A DNA stretch of 63,009 nt, counting the filler, from Polymyxa betae A26-41 (lineage: Eukaryota > Protista > Endomyxa: Phytomyxea): NCBI GenBank assembly GCA_003693705.1. It is 6 parts of 6 records of this genome, joined end to end, with 100 filler letters (N's around TTAATTAATTAA, not from the genome) between each part and the next. Parts side by side here need not be neighbours in the genome. Positions count along the whole stretch, not along the records: positions 1 to 22,505 come from RBZT01000996.1; 5 more parts are not named here. The stretch is one strand, 5' to 3'. The notes beneath the pieces were generated by a model. It was not told where the DNA came from. It ran no database searches and worked only from the letters and a program-made list of their open reading frames with translations. A program made the translations under genes and the position numbers. This document shows, one piece after another, positions 1 through 14,022 of this stretch (position 1 is its first letter; every line of letters begins with the position of its first letter).

Positions 1-37
1 ACCTTCCGAGAAATCAAAGTGTTTGGACTCTTGGGGA

Positions 38-100
<63 letters not shown>

Positions 101-219
101 GCGGCTTAATTTGGCTCAACACGGGGAAACTTACCAGGTCCAGAGATGTAGAGGATTGACAGATTGAAGCTCTTTCTTGATCACTTCGGTGGTGGTGCAT
201 GGCCGTTCTTAGTTGGTGG
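1..219 (+). rRNA. 18S (SSU) rRNA fragment, V5-V7 area; runs off the left window edge and stops abruptly at ~219
   Basis: Universal SSU motifs GGCTGAAACTTAAAGGAATTGACGGAAGGGCACCACCAGGAGTGGAGCCTGCGGCTTAATTT and GGTGGTGCATGGCCGTTCTTAGTTGGTGG. Position 114 is G where the conserved TTTGACTCAAC has A. Bases 162-187 (GATTGAAGCTCTTTCTTGATCACTTC) match what I recall as a plasmodiophorid-targeted 18S signature. Confidence 0.95.
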
Positions 220-399
220 TGGTGCTGAACGATGTTGAGGGGGAGGTACTGCAGAACGATGTTGAGGGGGAGGTACTGCAGAACGATATTGAGAGGAAGA
301 TGGTGGACGTTGAGGAGCTGTAGATGGTTGATATGAATGTTGTGAAGGATGATATTGAGATGAAGATGGTGTAGGACAATGTCCTTGTCCATAGGACAT
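181..399 (-). CDS. Pro/Gln/Ser/Tyr-rich N-terminal gene fragment that reads into antisense 18S sequence
   Basis: ORF MSYGQGH...YRSAVPPPQHRSAVPPPQHRSAPPP with a 27-nt tandem unit at ~227-300. The last ~10-12 codons are antisense rRNA. Confidence 0.4.
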   Translation of the reverse strand: MSYGQGHCPTPSSSQYHPSQHSYQPSTAPQRPPSSSQYRSAVPPPQHRSAVPPPQHRSAPPPTKNGHAPPPK

Positions 400-1072
400 G
401 TGATTATAACCGCATTATATTCAATATATTCTATTTATCACTACTCACAGTAGTATATGTATACAGTCAAGTTTTCTAACCCAATGGGGTTCGGGGTCTT
501 AACTGTTTTGTCCCTATCGAAGCTCATGGTCATTGCTGTTATTAAGACCCCGAAATCAACCAACATTCGGGGTTTGGGGCTTATTACAGTGAATCTTATA
601 AAAAACAAATACTGTATAATAGGACATGTGATGTATAAATGTATGATATCAATCTGTAGGCATGCTGACATTATATACATCATATTATTACACATTATAT
701 CTATAACAATCATTTATCAACATCTTTCATAATTAGATTACTGGCAGTTTCGCTGAAATAGGTTTCGGATGAAGAACTGCAATAACTGACCGTCAGAGAC
801 AGGCCTGAAACGAGATCGTGCTGGTCCCGATCGCTTCGGGTACTTATTCATACTGTATGAGTGTATGTACCTAGAGCATATTTAGTGTATGACCGAATCA
901 GTAAGTTATCATTGATTTATTCCACTAATTGCTATATTTAATACTGATGACAATACAAAACATCATAAAACCTGATTTGATTCCGTTTCTCTCTTGAGTT
1001 TAATATAACGTAATGATCCAATAAATCAGTATAAGTGCATGATTTCTAGAATTAATAATTGATGAGATGATA

Positions 1073-2616
1073 TCACCACATAAATCGAGCTATTGATCCA
1101 TCAGGCCATATAAAAGGTCGATATAGAAATATATAGAGAGTTATGATGTTAATAGTGATATTACAGATGATATTAAGATATAGATGTGATCTAGTTCGTG
1201 ATTGATCTTCTATGGACATAATAACATATGGAACTATGAAATATCTGAAATCTATCAATGGAGATGGAATTAGACATAATCCAACACAGATCCCTATATA
1301 CACATATGTTTGTATATCAATACTCATATAATACTTGCACTTACAATATACACATTGCCATATCAATGATCTTCTACTACAGTGAAAGTAATTCCTAATA
1401 GTAGAGAAGCAGGTCAGATAGATAGGTATCAATATATATCGAAATAATGAATATCTAGAGAAGAAGTTCTAATAAAAATCAGTATAGAGATATGAATGAT
1501 ACTGTTATTGGACCTTCCAGATATAGAATGTATAATGACGATTATCACTCTGAATAAATGGATGTGCATATGTGGTAGCATTGATAACAATAACTAATAT
1601 AGGAGTTATAATAGCACATTGAGTTATTGATAAAGTTCTTATTGATATTGGTAATAAACATATACATGCGAATACAGAGAAATATAATATCTGAACTAAA
1701 TGTAATCGTGCTATATGATTAGATTTATCACCTAATGTAGAAACCAATGAAATCAATTAGCCCATGAATACGTTCATCAAATTACCGAGCACAATAGACC
1801 CATTTACAGCAGCGATCAAAACGGCACTAACAGCTACCAAAATGCTGGATCTATAACGTCGTAATATATGATTAGCTTGTGAGAGACATTGAGTAATAAA
1901 TGAGAAGAGATTATTGCTCTTCTCATCATATTCAATAATGATATGTTCGAGACATGCGAACATAAACCAGATAATATTCGTCTGACGAAATATGACTGAT
2001 ATTGCACCTAATACAGCACCAATCTCCTACATATACAATCAATTATATTCACAATATTATACATTACAATATTGATTTCATGAATAACACAAACTGCAAC
2101 TACATATCGTACAACTTTCGAATATGAAACAAAACCATATTGTCCAGCAAAAAAAATGAAGAAAATGTTAAAGAGACTTGCCAGTTTTCCAGATCGAAAA
2201 GCGAGTAATGTAGCCATACAGGTAGCTAATGAAGGTATATCTGTGTAATAGAGTAATGAATGAAATAATATAATTGGATTGGTTAATATAGACAATAGAC
2301 TCCAATTCGAACATGGATAACGGTTACGACGTATTAATCGGGAGATGACGATTGATGCGATCAAGAACCAAATCGTGTTAATAAGTCTCATAGATTGAAT
2401 ATTCAAGCAATATGATGTTAATAGAGGTAATATATAAGATCCAGGAGGAGTGGTTAACGATGGCTCCCAATGCGACCATCGTGATTGACAATATGCTAGA
2501 GTCTGTCTGTAATGAAATATCTCATCCATATAAGGATATGGCTGGATATCATTCACATATTGAATAGTGAATATAATCAATATGAATAATATTATGATAG
2601 ATAGATAATCACTCAT
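1073..2616 (-). CDS. ALG10: Dol-P-Glc:Glc2Man9GlcNAc2-PP-Dol alpha-1,2-glucosyltransferase (DIE2/ALG10 family), multi-exon
   Basis: Family motifs in order across exons: PYMDEIFH, TTPPG, YYTD, FRQTNIIW, NGSIVLGDKSNH, HPFIQSDNRHYTFYIWK, PLIDFRYFIVPY, FLYRPFIW...RFMW*. Confidence 0.93.
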
Positions 2617-3341
2617 TATTAATGACCTGTATAAGTGTATATCGCAATTATTATCTCTATGATACCATCACAATCTTGCAGTCATTTATTACATTCTCTC
2701 TGTAGATCTTTACATACATGGCTGCAATAATTCACTGATTTATTAGCATGTAGTACTGAACCGTCTTATGATCAGGTCATGACGATGTAATCACCAATTA
2801 TGATTATGTATATATTTTGACAATATGACAATCTTCGTGTGGCTATCACAGATACATCCTGATATAGTTATCCAGTACAATATCCAGAATCATTCTAATT
2901 ATATAACAGCACTAATATTAGAATCATTGGTTTATAGTCTGATAGAATATTAATCACACAATCGCCAATTTGGGCATGCATCAACATACTCATGCAGCTC
3001 TGTAATGTCAGTTTCAAACTAAGGTTAGGGTTTAGATCCAAATTCGCTCTCAATTCAAACCAGGCCAAATGTTTTGGTAACAAACTGGATTTTATTGAAA
3101 AAACCATCGATATCTAGGCAATGGTAATTATAGAGTGATTAGATCATGATGATGTGTTGGATTTCACTGATTATCTCGGTCTGTTTTAGGCTGATCTCAG
3201 ATTTCAGTGATTATAACATGTTTCTAACTGATCATGTTATACTGTATTTCAACTAGAGCTGGGATGTCTCAGAACATAGTTATATCCAATATAAAATAAA
3301 CATTAAACGTGTTGCTTTTCAGAATAATTTCAATATTACAT

Positions 3342-6300
3342 TCATTTATATTTAGACATATCTGCATTTTCTTCATCCTTGGGTTTACGCCCGAATTTGG
3401 CTGTAAAACGATCTCGTATTTTGTGTTCTTTTTCGGCTAAGCTCTTGACTGACGACGAAAACTTTTGTTTGATTAATGACTTGCTTTGTTTCAAAACCGA
3501 GGTTTGCACATGTGTTTCAATCTTCGATACGAGCTTATCCCATGTCCATAATTCTCCATTACAGCTAAATGCACTAAACCAACTATTAAAAATAGGTACG
3601 ATGAGATTCAGGTAATGATTTACGATATGAGAACATGAAGATCATCCAGATCGATGAAGGAACCCCTAAAATAAATATGAAATTCGAGATCGGAGATATG
3701 GAAATATTTGAGATAATTATAATTAATAATATGAAGTGGAGGAGGATGTATATCTGTTGTTATAGGTAATGTGATTGATGGAAATTCTATTGGTCTAGTA
3801 TAGCATTATCACTATCTATATCAATTTTCAACATTAAGTTAATGTACCTATTAGTCACCATCATAGGCCTTCGCAATGTCATCACTGCTTTTCTTTGCCG
3901 ATTTGTATATGGGACAAGGACTGGTGTCGTCGATGAACTGGATGATGATGTGGACAGTACGACGTGGGATTGTGATAGAAGCTGACTCGTTGAAGGTGCA
4001 GGAGCAGCTTCTTTTCCTGGAAAGAAATAGTCCCTTGTACAAGCATAATGTTGTGCTTGTACTTTGATAATTAATGGGAACACCTAAATTAGCATTAGAA
4101 CGATCCTGATTCCCATACAGGCATTTCTCTAACTTTTATATCGAAATGATCCCATGCTGTAACATCTCGTAGACGTCGAGCATAAACAGAGGGCCAACCT
4201 GATGAATGTCAGATATGTAGTTGGCTGTGAACATACAAGATGTGGCGACCTAGGACTTGAGCACGAACACGAAGCATTAATTCACTGGAACCTTTTGCGA
4301 CATCCCATCGATTATGTGGTGCAACAACATCAGGCCATAAAGCATTAGTTGCCAGATTACGTATTCGGAACTCTTTTAGACCGAATTCAACGTCACGACC
4401 TTCTCCAATTCGATACCTAGACCATATGATTATTAATCAAATAAACACGAATAATCACGAAACAAGTTGAACCTATGCGATCCATGAAGTCGTCGTAACT
4501 GAACATGAAGGTAGACTTCAGGGCTCTTAGTAATCAGGGTCCAAGTTGCACCAAGGATCTCATACGAAACGCATCGACGAAATATTTCACTTTCAGGCTG
4601 AATAAGATTATCAGTAATCGATTGACGCTAAAAGTAACAAAAGACCTGGTTCTGTTGAAGGACCAATGCTTCAGAAGAAAGTTTTTGTAATTCTTTGGGG
4701 TCTGGATTTGGCGTATCAACAGTAGCACGACGCGCAGCTTGTAGAGCTCGAGCTGCTGCCCATACATGTTGTACTGGAGATAAAACAAGCTTATCGATAA
4801 CGCTTATCAGAACCTGAATATTCATCATTTAGCTTCATTTCTATCATACTGGTTGCCATTAAAAATCAAACGAACAGAATTGGCACAAAATTAATATATA
4901 CAACCTTGCATTGAAGTGAGTCCATGACGAAATTGATTTTGCTGATATAAAGACGACTTGAGCTGGTCAACATGGGCAAACTAAGCTCTTGAGCGTCAAA
5001 CGGACGTACAGGAGACAGATCGGAATCTTCCAAATCGTCATCGTGCTGCAGTGACTGCAAAGCAGTTGAACGATGTAAGAACTGATGCTCTAATGCTGCT
5101 GGGTCCTTTACCCAAAGTTTAACATTAAATATATTCAGTTCAGTCAGAAACAGAAACCTTGGTATCCATATTGACATCATAGCAGTAATCAAATCCAAGC
5201 GATGTCGGCTGTGAAATCCGCTGAAATATCCCATTCGACTTCAAATATCGATTCCTGTTTTACCGATATTGATGTAACACAGAATGAAAGGCTATATAAC
5301 GTACTGATATAGATGGTCAGCAGATGAGGCGGTTTCATCGAAAACGAAATCTTGCTCTTGACCAAGAGAGTGACCAGCAGACTTGGCTGGTGGGAAATCC
5401 TCTATACACTTATCAATGTTGTGATGCAGCGATCTGAATGTTACAGACCCAATGGAATCCATTCCATAGCGTTTGAGTCAACATCGATATTGTTAGGGAC
5501 AACATGAAGTTGAGCTTGATCCAGACGGGACCGAATGGTTTTCTTGAAATAGATAAATCTTTGTCTGGTTGATTTACAGGAATTTGGTCCCGCACCGCTC
5601 TTACTATTGAAATATGACGACGATTTGCGTTCTGAGAAGAGTAATTCAGAGACGTACAACATTGGTTGGTGCTGAAATCCTGACCAAGTTGAGGTTTGAC
5701 GGGAGTTGTGTTGGGAAAGGATAATCCATGGAGAGGTGATCGACAATCTGGAAAGTAATAAGGGAATGCGATAACATCTACTTTGGCTTGATGAGCAGAA
5801 ATGACCACAGAACATCCAACTTCAACACTCTGTAGAATAACCTGAAAATAGCCTATAGTAAGAGAAGTAACATTCTGATAGTAATGGATGCGATACGACC
5901 TGAGGCTGTTCTAATTTCATAGAGAATCGAGTATGACCCGTCTCGGGTCCTTCCGCTACATCATCATGACTTTTCAGTGATGCTGTACCATCATCGTCTG
6001 TTAATACACCGGGCGTTGTTGATTCCCGAGCGACATTTGAATCATCATGGTTCAGCGGCTGTAAGAATAATCAGATGTCAGTGAATGTGCCGCTTATTAT
6101 GAGCAATTACAAGGATTCCGCGCTCTTCAAGTTTTTGAAATAACTCGAATGATGTTAGACGACGAGGAAGGTTCTCAGGTTTACCCAGGGAGCTCTGTCT
6201 TCCGTTTTAGAAAAAGAACAGCACAAATTAGATCTGAAATCAACTGTACATGAATCTGGTCTGGGTTACCTGACCATGTTGCATAATGTTTGACCTAGAT

Positions 6301-9300
6301 ATGATATCTCAGAATATTACCACATATACAAGAGAGAAATATTTACAGATTTCACTGGTGGGTCAGTGCCTGTAGATATCGTTGTGGATTCAGTTGGAGC
6401 TGCACCTGATGATTCCGAATGTCCAAATGATGACAAAAATGACCACCAGGCATTAAATGCTGCTCGAATGGAATTATTCCAGAGGACGCGACTACCACTC
6501 ACTAGAACATAATGTTCGCGATTATGATCATCATTGCCGCCCAATTCACTTTCAAAATCGTCTTCAATATCGACATCAGATAGTACAGAAACTGTAATTT
6601 GTCAATATGACCACGTAACCAAGTCCGACTCTGTTTTACAGCTGAGAATTTGAGCGCGACTTTCTTCATCGGATTGGTTCATGTCGAAATCTCCAAAGTG
6701 TGATTGTAGAAAATCCTGTACGCTGATCTCTTCTGCAGAAAGCGATTGATTGGAAGCAGTTCGTGTCGACGATTGTAGATTTAGTCCCTATTAACAGTGT
6801 CACAGGCAACGAATGTCAATTGAAGACTCGGTATTACAGAAGAAGGTGATACTTGAGCATTGAATAACGAATTGCTAGATTCAGTCAGGTCGGAGACAGC
6901 AAGTTTACCACCAGCAGATGGGGAGCAGTACGACAAATTGTCTGCAGACATGAAGAACATTGATCCAGAATCACCTTCACCTGAGTATGGATATTAATGG
7001 GTAAGTAGCTATATGATTAAGTGTGAACCTGTTGCGAATGGAGTTTGAGAAAGTGGATGTGCGAGAACATCTTTAACATCAGCATTATCTGAGGCTAAAG
7101 TGGAAAGAATCGGGAGAAGAAGATCGATAGATGAATGAACAGAACGTGCTCTTTGTTTAGACGAGACCCATATTTTCCTAAATAACTTGTGATTAACGAA
7201 TCATGTTATAATGAAGACAGCGCTGACTTAGGCGAAGAATCACCATGAGCGGAGACCTTGTTAGTGACAACGTCAAGATCAGTTCCAAATCGCAAAAGCT
7301 GGGATATGGGTCAGAAACCTGCTGGTCGTTAGATTGGATCGAAAACCTGGGTAAATCCCTGAATTCCCAAGATATCGTTATCATTGTTATTAGAAAAAGA
7401 TGGTTCCTTTTGAGGTTCAGCTATCAGCTCAATAACAGTCGATGCGAGAGATATCTAAAATATTATTAGAACTCAGTGATGACAGCACAGAGCGTCTCCC
7501 AACCTGAATCTTGATTTGTGAAATCAGAGCTGAGAACGAATTGCCTGATTTTACAGGTGTTATCGCACGATTAGGACCGATTAGAACCTGAGTTACCATC
7601 TTGACACTATGTTACAGGTATTAAGGATTTCCAGTCAAACCTTTGGAATAATGGTGCAAACATTTGGAGGATCCGAGTACAGCATATTGACCTGTTTAAA
7701 CCAGGGCACATTACCAAACCAGAATGAGATTAATGGTCCAATAACTGGAGAAGCACCATTTGCAGATTCGAGTGCCAGACAGTGCAACTAAAAACAGTTA
7801 TTGTCACTTTGTAATGGAAACTCAGAATCAGGTCTGTAAGACCTTAACTTTCATAGAAATGGACCGAGCACGGAAGTCCTCGAAGAGATCTCTGCTTCTG
7901 ATCGATGAAAATTTGTAGTCTTCAGATTGCCATTGCACATGATGAATATAATGTTGTGATGAATGCACAGATTTACACGTCCAAATGAACAATAACAGAA
8001 CCCGTAAACATGGACAGGATAGCAACAATCCGGGACGAGACAATGTTGATCGCGATATTGTCCCTTCATCTAAATAAGAGTCAGATGACACAGCAGGCAT
8101 TTATAAAATTCATTCAAATGACCAAGATTGATTTGGAAATGGCGAGCGTTCAGTGTTATTCTGCCTTTGACTGAGTCGATTGAGAGCGATTCTGCTATAA
8201 ACAGGATACATTCATCATGATAAGGATTAGCAGATGTCAGAAGACGAAAGGTAAACTGCTTCACACCAAGACCGATCCGTCCATGAATTTTATAACGTAA
8301 CTGATCCCACCAAGCCAATGATGGCGAATGGGATGTTGACCATCCCGTGTCTGTGATTTTAGAAACAGCTTTTGTGAAGGCAGCAAGAGCGCCACGTTGG
8401 CATTGCCCATAATTAATTTCCAGGCCAGTCGCTTCTGCATGTATATCAACAAAGAACTTATTCGGGATCGTACTTCCATCAGGCAAATCTACAGGTGCGA
8501 AGGTACGTCGGTTGTGGGCTAAGGGCAGAAATACTAATCGACGATGACAAAAAAGTTCAGGAGATTTCAGGCAGGAGCTGATTAGGTGACCTTTTACACC
8601 CAAATGGTGAAAAGAGATCAAGGAGAATGGATAATCGCGAAGCTTCAATAACAGGTCGTTGCAGGAAATTTGCAGCTTTCTGTGAAACAATTTCAGGAAA
8701 GATCTGTCAGAAAATAGATGCTAAAACCTGGCCCAAATTTCAGAAAACTCATGTCCAGAACCGTCCCCCTGCATTAGTGAATCAGATATTGAATTTCTGG
8801 TTTGCAGCGATAACTGACATCATAAGGTGCATTAGTCTCAGAATCCAGTGACGACATTCGGGAAACTGCTACAGATGACAATGTATCTCCATGCTCTGGT
8901 GATAGAGATAAACACAGTTGCCCTATTTAAAAATATTTAGCACAGATCATAATATCATTCTCCCAAAAGTTCAGTGAGAAGACCAAGAAAAAACCGAGTT
9001 CAAAAGTAGCCCAGGCGGAGTCAGAGCAGGGCTTAAATACACACTGAATAGAGTTGGCTCAATTAACAAAACCCAAAAAATCTCGCTATGACCAATATTG
9101 AGAACAGCCAATGCCCATTGTATTCTTTCAGATGCCAACAGTTGCAGCTGATCAAATCGATCCATGAATGGATCGTCCAATGGGTCCAAATTTGCAGTAA
9201 ATTCAAGATTTGGGCTTTTCAGTTCACGAGGCAGAGAATCAGATTTCGACCTTGAAATCGATGATCGGCGAAGCGACTGAATACGAGCACCGTCTTCGAT

Positions 9301-11705
9301 ATTGTTAGCATGCAATGTGGCATCCCTACAGCGATGCAGAATTCGACGGGAACGGCGCCGCCCTGCAGAATTCAGGGCGATCCATCGTCTATATTGCTGA
9401 GCCCTCTCCAAGGGACTCTCTTCGAATATCACATTAAGAGCATCAATTCGAAGACAAATACATCGATATTCTAGCGTCGATATTTTGTTTGGAAGCCGCT
9501 GATGTGCAGATGAGCGCTGCCATAGTTTCAAGGCGCGCCATTTCCGCCGAATTGTTTCGATAACTGGCCCGATTGAAACAGAATCTGCTAGGAAGGCAGT
9601 AAGGTTTGCAAATTCAAGATCAATATCGGGATATGGATCGTGATATTGATTTAGATACAGCATACTGGACCACGAGAGGAATTCGGCGCCGTTCACAGCG
9701 ACAGCGCCCGATTCCGTTCGAAGCGTAACTGAAGAATCAAAATCGCGATTATAACTGATACGATCAACACTGGCGGCGATCACGGTTTTTCTGTCGATAT
9801 TAAAGAGGAAGACACCAGATCGAATTTGAAGGAAGATTGGCGATGACTTCGTAGATGATGTTGATGTGGATGTTGACCGCAGAGCACAGCTTATTGCTAA
9901 CAGCGTTGTGTGAAATGGGATCGACCACTGCAGATCAATATCTTGTATGCAGGCAGGTTCCCCATTAGAATAATCAAACCGAGAAACGAAAATGCGATCG
10001 CTCTGATCGCTGAGCTCATGGGGCAGTACGAGCTGGTCGATATTCGTGAGCGCTGAGGCCGAAATTGCGGAACGTTCAATCGTAACCAATCTCCATTCAT
10101 GATCACGAGTAAAGCTACACGTGCCCAGATGCAGACGAACGACTCGCATCAGGTCGCTATTGCGATCGTACAACGTGAGCAATAGGATGATCTCACTTCC
10201 ATGAAAGCTGAAAATGTACTTCCTGGCACCACCGGACCTCGATGAGCCGGAGCGGGAAAACCGTTGAGTAAATCGCCGCCCTAAGTCAATTAGAGACACA
10301 GGCATGTTTAGAATTAGATGATGAGCTCGGAAAGTAACGCTGGGTCTGAGCTCGCCATTTTCAATGTAGAAATTGATTAAGGCCTGAGCAGAGGTTAAAC
10401 AGGCGTTTGATTCATCTTGAAAGGAGGCAGTGACATGCGAGAGACTGATCATTAAAGCACGATATTGCTCCGAGTTCTGAGATTCTGTAGAATAGAGCCT
10501 GGATTTCACTTGAGCGATTCTTATAGATGAATTATCCAGAGTAAATAGCGAATTGTGCATCTCGAAAGCGAGCTCAAACGGGATGAGTAAAATCTTGGGA
10601 GGTGCATTGTCTAATGAGGTCTGTTCCGGTTGTGGCTTAGCCAGAATTGACAGTTCATCGATATCTTCCAACTTAGCGTCCAATTTAAGTCCGTTCAATC
10701 TTAGACGAACTTCGTCTACATAGCTGGTTGCTGACGAGGTACGACGATAATGATGGCCTGAATGAAAAAACATCAACCCAACCAGTAGCAAAGAGCGCTC
10801 AGATCGTTTGAGTTGAAAGTTTTGAATTAATGCCTGAGATTCGATACAAGAGCCAAATGGTTTCGAATGATGTCTGGCTCGAATCTGAATATGTTCGAAA
10901 TCAACATTAAAATCATCAACAGAGAACTTGACACAAGTCAGCGAAAAATAAATCCGCTCCGGAAGCTTCGGTGACGGGCCTGATCTAGAGGAGCTAGATT
11001 TCAACGAAGAACGAAGACGATCTAGACGATAGAGATGATCGAGTTCACTTTTCAGTGCGACCTTGTCAAATTTTATAGAGATTTCAGAGAGCTGATGAGA
11101 ATTGAAATCGAGATTCAAATGCAGAGCCAGGGTGTTCTGCATAATCTTTGCTACAGACTGATTGCAATACTGAACGTCAACAAACAATGAATGCATTTCC
11201 ACAAAGCAATCAAAAAGCGACTTTGATTTGAATGCAGTCGAGATAGAAATAAACGGGATAGACATGAGAATAGAAAATGATTGTTCTGTACAAATCTCAA
11301 CTTTGATATTGTGGAAACGAACTGCAACTAAATTAGACACAGCCTGAGCGAAGAGATGCAGGTTATAGTTTGATACGGGCTTCGGCTTCTTGCTTACAAA
11401 TCTGTGTTTGTATCAAGATAGTTGAATTGATCCGAGGAAAGAGCTGCTTACGTAGTGTCTAATTGTTTGGTGGTCGTCAGGTTAGCGCCAAATACATCAA
11501 TACGAATGAAACGCTCACAAAAGAAACATATTCGAATCGGATCTAAGAGCGAAAATGATAATCGCCATTGTCCAATGTTTGAAGTAAAATTGCTGAAGGT
11601 AGAGTTGATGATTCGAGGTAAGATAACCTGGATGCATACGGCAGTAACCAATAAGATAACGACAACAAGAAAGGCAGCGTCAGCTAGAGATATCGCAAAC
11701 AACAT
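3342..11705 (-). CDS. Bridge-like lipid transfer protein, BLTP2/KIAA0100/FMP27/Hobbit/SABRE family, multi-exon
   Basis: N-terminal hydrophobic anchor (MLFAISLADAAFLVVVILLVTAVCIQVILP) and a long beta-rich exon (8971-11340). PNKFFVD and SPSLAWWDQLRYKIHG resemble the FMP27 GFWDK region. C-terminal Apt1-like WTWDKL...KIETHVQTSVLKQ; stop at 3342-3344. Internal exon borders not fully resolved. Confidence 0.8.
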
Positions 11706-11855
11706 TAATAAATTGGGCAAGAGACCATGACCGTATCGAGCTTAGTTCGATCACAGCTAACAGCAAGAGACTAATTTCTGCAAATCTAAGCTCGATTTCA
11801 AGAAATCTGAAACAGCTTTATCTTACGCCTGAAAGAAGCGAGCCTGGCCACACTT

Positions 11856-11947
11856 GAGCGGAGCCTTCTATACACAACATTGCATTTGACTTTTTCTAAC
11901 GGAGCGGAGCCTTCCGTAGCATTGCATTTGACTTTTTCTAACGGAGC
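11856..11947. repeat. Short intergenic tandem duplication (~42 bp unit)
   Basis: CATTGCATTTGACTTTTTCTAACGGAGC occurs twice and GAGCGGAGCCTTC twice. Confidence 0.8.
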
Positions 11948-12268
11948 CGGGATATTTCTCCTTTGGGGTGAAATACGATATAATCCTGCAACAAACACTT
12001 GCAGTAGATCTCTTAATACTTGGTGTACGAATCGAGACTCAACAATATGAAACTGCCCAAACGCTTGAAATCTGTGGGGGTTTATCAAATTTGAATTAAT
12101 GCAGTCCTATCGAACTCGAATTGTTCGAAGTTCTATACAAATAGTTTTAAGATCTGAACACTTGCTTTACGCAGACAGGCTAAGTTGCCAGTGTACAATT
12201 CAGTGAATAATCCATATTGCTTGAGTAAATTATAGACCATAGCTACAATATGTATATATGTTGGCAGG

Positions 12269-13775
12269 TTATAACTGGGCCAGATATAACGATATTCTCC
12301 ATAAAATGACTCCGATAATAACAATCCCTATTACCTGGATAATATTTACTCGAATTTGACTTACACCATATCATTCAGACGACAACAAACATATCAGAAG
12401 CAGGTCTGACCTGGGGAATTCGTACAATTCATGCAAAGTCGAAACGGCTAAGGGTTGTTTTTGTTTGTAGAGCTTAAAGATATCCTGAACCGGAAGCACA
12501 CAACTATTTCTGTTAGTGACTTGACAACATGATTTCATTGCAAATACTCGGTTGGAAATCTCGGGCGACAGAGCCGGAATAAGCTATACGGCTTTACAAC
12601 AATTAGTATGATTTTCCTGAAACCAATCGCTTATCTAACTGGGTATTTGTCAAATAGTTCAGCCGCTAGCGGAAGTAGAATTGAGAGATCAGTCTAATGC
12701 CGCATTGTTAGTTTGGAGCATAAACGGTTTGTTTGCTACAACCGAAGTTTGGCCTTGAAAATACTGATGAATCATCGACATTTCACATTCGACGCGAAAT
12801 AAACCGTCCCGGTGCATTATGACGAACTAATATTATAAGCGATCAAATGGCCATGCATTAACAAAATCATGAAAAAGATACACACTGCTGCAGCAATGTA
12901 GAGTGGCATACAGGGATGCGATGCCAATAAAAAATCGAATACTCTCGCAACATCCTGGAATCGGTAGAATGTGTGGCTGAACCAAGTTAAAACCCAGCTC
13001 AATGCAAAGAAAGATTTGGCATTAGATCGGATTAGGAATGCAGCTACTGGAGCATCGACTTGATATAATAGAGGGAATAGCATATCCAACACTTCAATAA
13101 TTACACTGAGATCCGGGCGTAATATCTCTCTACATTTATAAATATCAGAACCAATTAATAATTAAACAAATTCGACCTTAAGTGAAAAAGTGAGACCCGC
13201 TCGCAAAGAGCGAATGCAACATCTCGGTTATAATCGCAAACGATTAAAAACACAGAGCATAAGTCATGATAGCCTTGAATATAATGTAAGAATCCAGCAT
13301 GTTTCGACATAATTTTGTTAATAATCCAAGACAGCTTTGTACGTTGTTGAAGCCTCTTAGCCAATCAGCAAGCAACTCCCAAGGCAAAGCACATTTAGTC
13401 TTACAATAGCTCTTCAGTCCAATTTTGACAAATGTCATAATTGCACAAAGATCTTGCAATATCCTTGGAAACAGTATCAATATGAGCATGCAGCATTGAT
13501 TGCTGATCATCATCATCGTCGTCATAATTGAATGAATTATATGGATCATCATTCTCAAAACCCAGCCTGGACAAATCTGCAAATAAGTCGAGACTCCCGA
13601 CATCGATCATGCTTGTTTACAATAAGGGCCAAACCCGACGTCGGAATGTATTCGAAATAAAGCCATGAACAGCGAGTGCTCTCAGCTTGGCAATGTCCTT
13701 GCATCGCAAAGAATCTTCAATAAGGGATTGATGCGAATCTGTATCCGTCATGCTGGCACCGAATAGAGAATGCAT
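12269..13775 (-). CDS. Rab GTPase-activating protein, TBC1D20/Gyp8-like, multi-exon, with C-terminal transmembrane tail
   Basis: Motifs FRRRVWPLL, KDIARSL, LHYIQGYHDLCSVFL, FFALSWVLTWFSH, VARVFDFLLASHPCMPLYIAAA. Last exon IIQVIGIVIIGVILWRISLYLAQL* is a tail anchor as in TBC1D20. Start at 13775 or 13751. Confidence 0.88.
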
Positions 13776-14022
13776 CAGATACTGCAGCAGATCATGATAT
13801 TGTTTGCATACAATTCACATACCGGTACAAACACATGACATAGTTTAGTAGCATAGCAAAACTGCGCTAAGCCTTTAGAGCCTGGTTGGCGTCTACGTTT
13901 TGGCCGTCTCCTTATTTAGTCCCTCTGACTGCGGAGCGCATTTTGATCTTATATTTTCAGGTCGCCGACCTCTTAAAAAAATAAGTAGTATTAACGCTGT
14001 CAATCCGGAACGCCAAAAGGAT

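Noticed and set aside
462-616. Possible TA-flanked MITE (CAGT...ACTG) with internal inverted repeat TTCGGGGTCTTAA/TTAAGACCCCGAA
   Set aside because: Terminal match is too short and degenerate to support from one copy.
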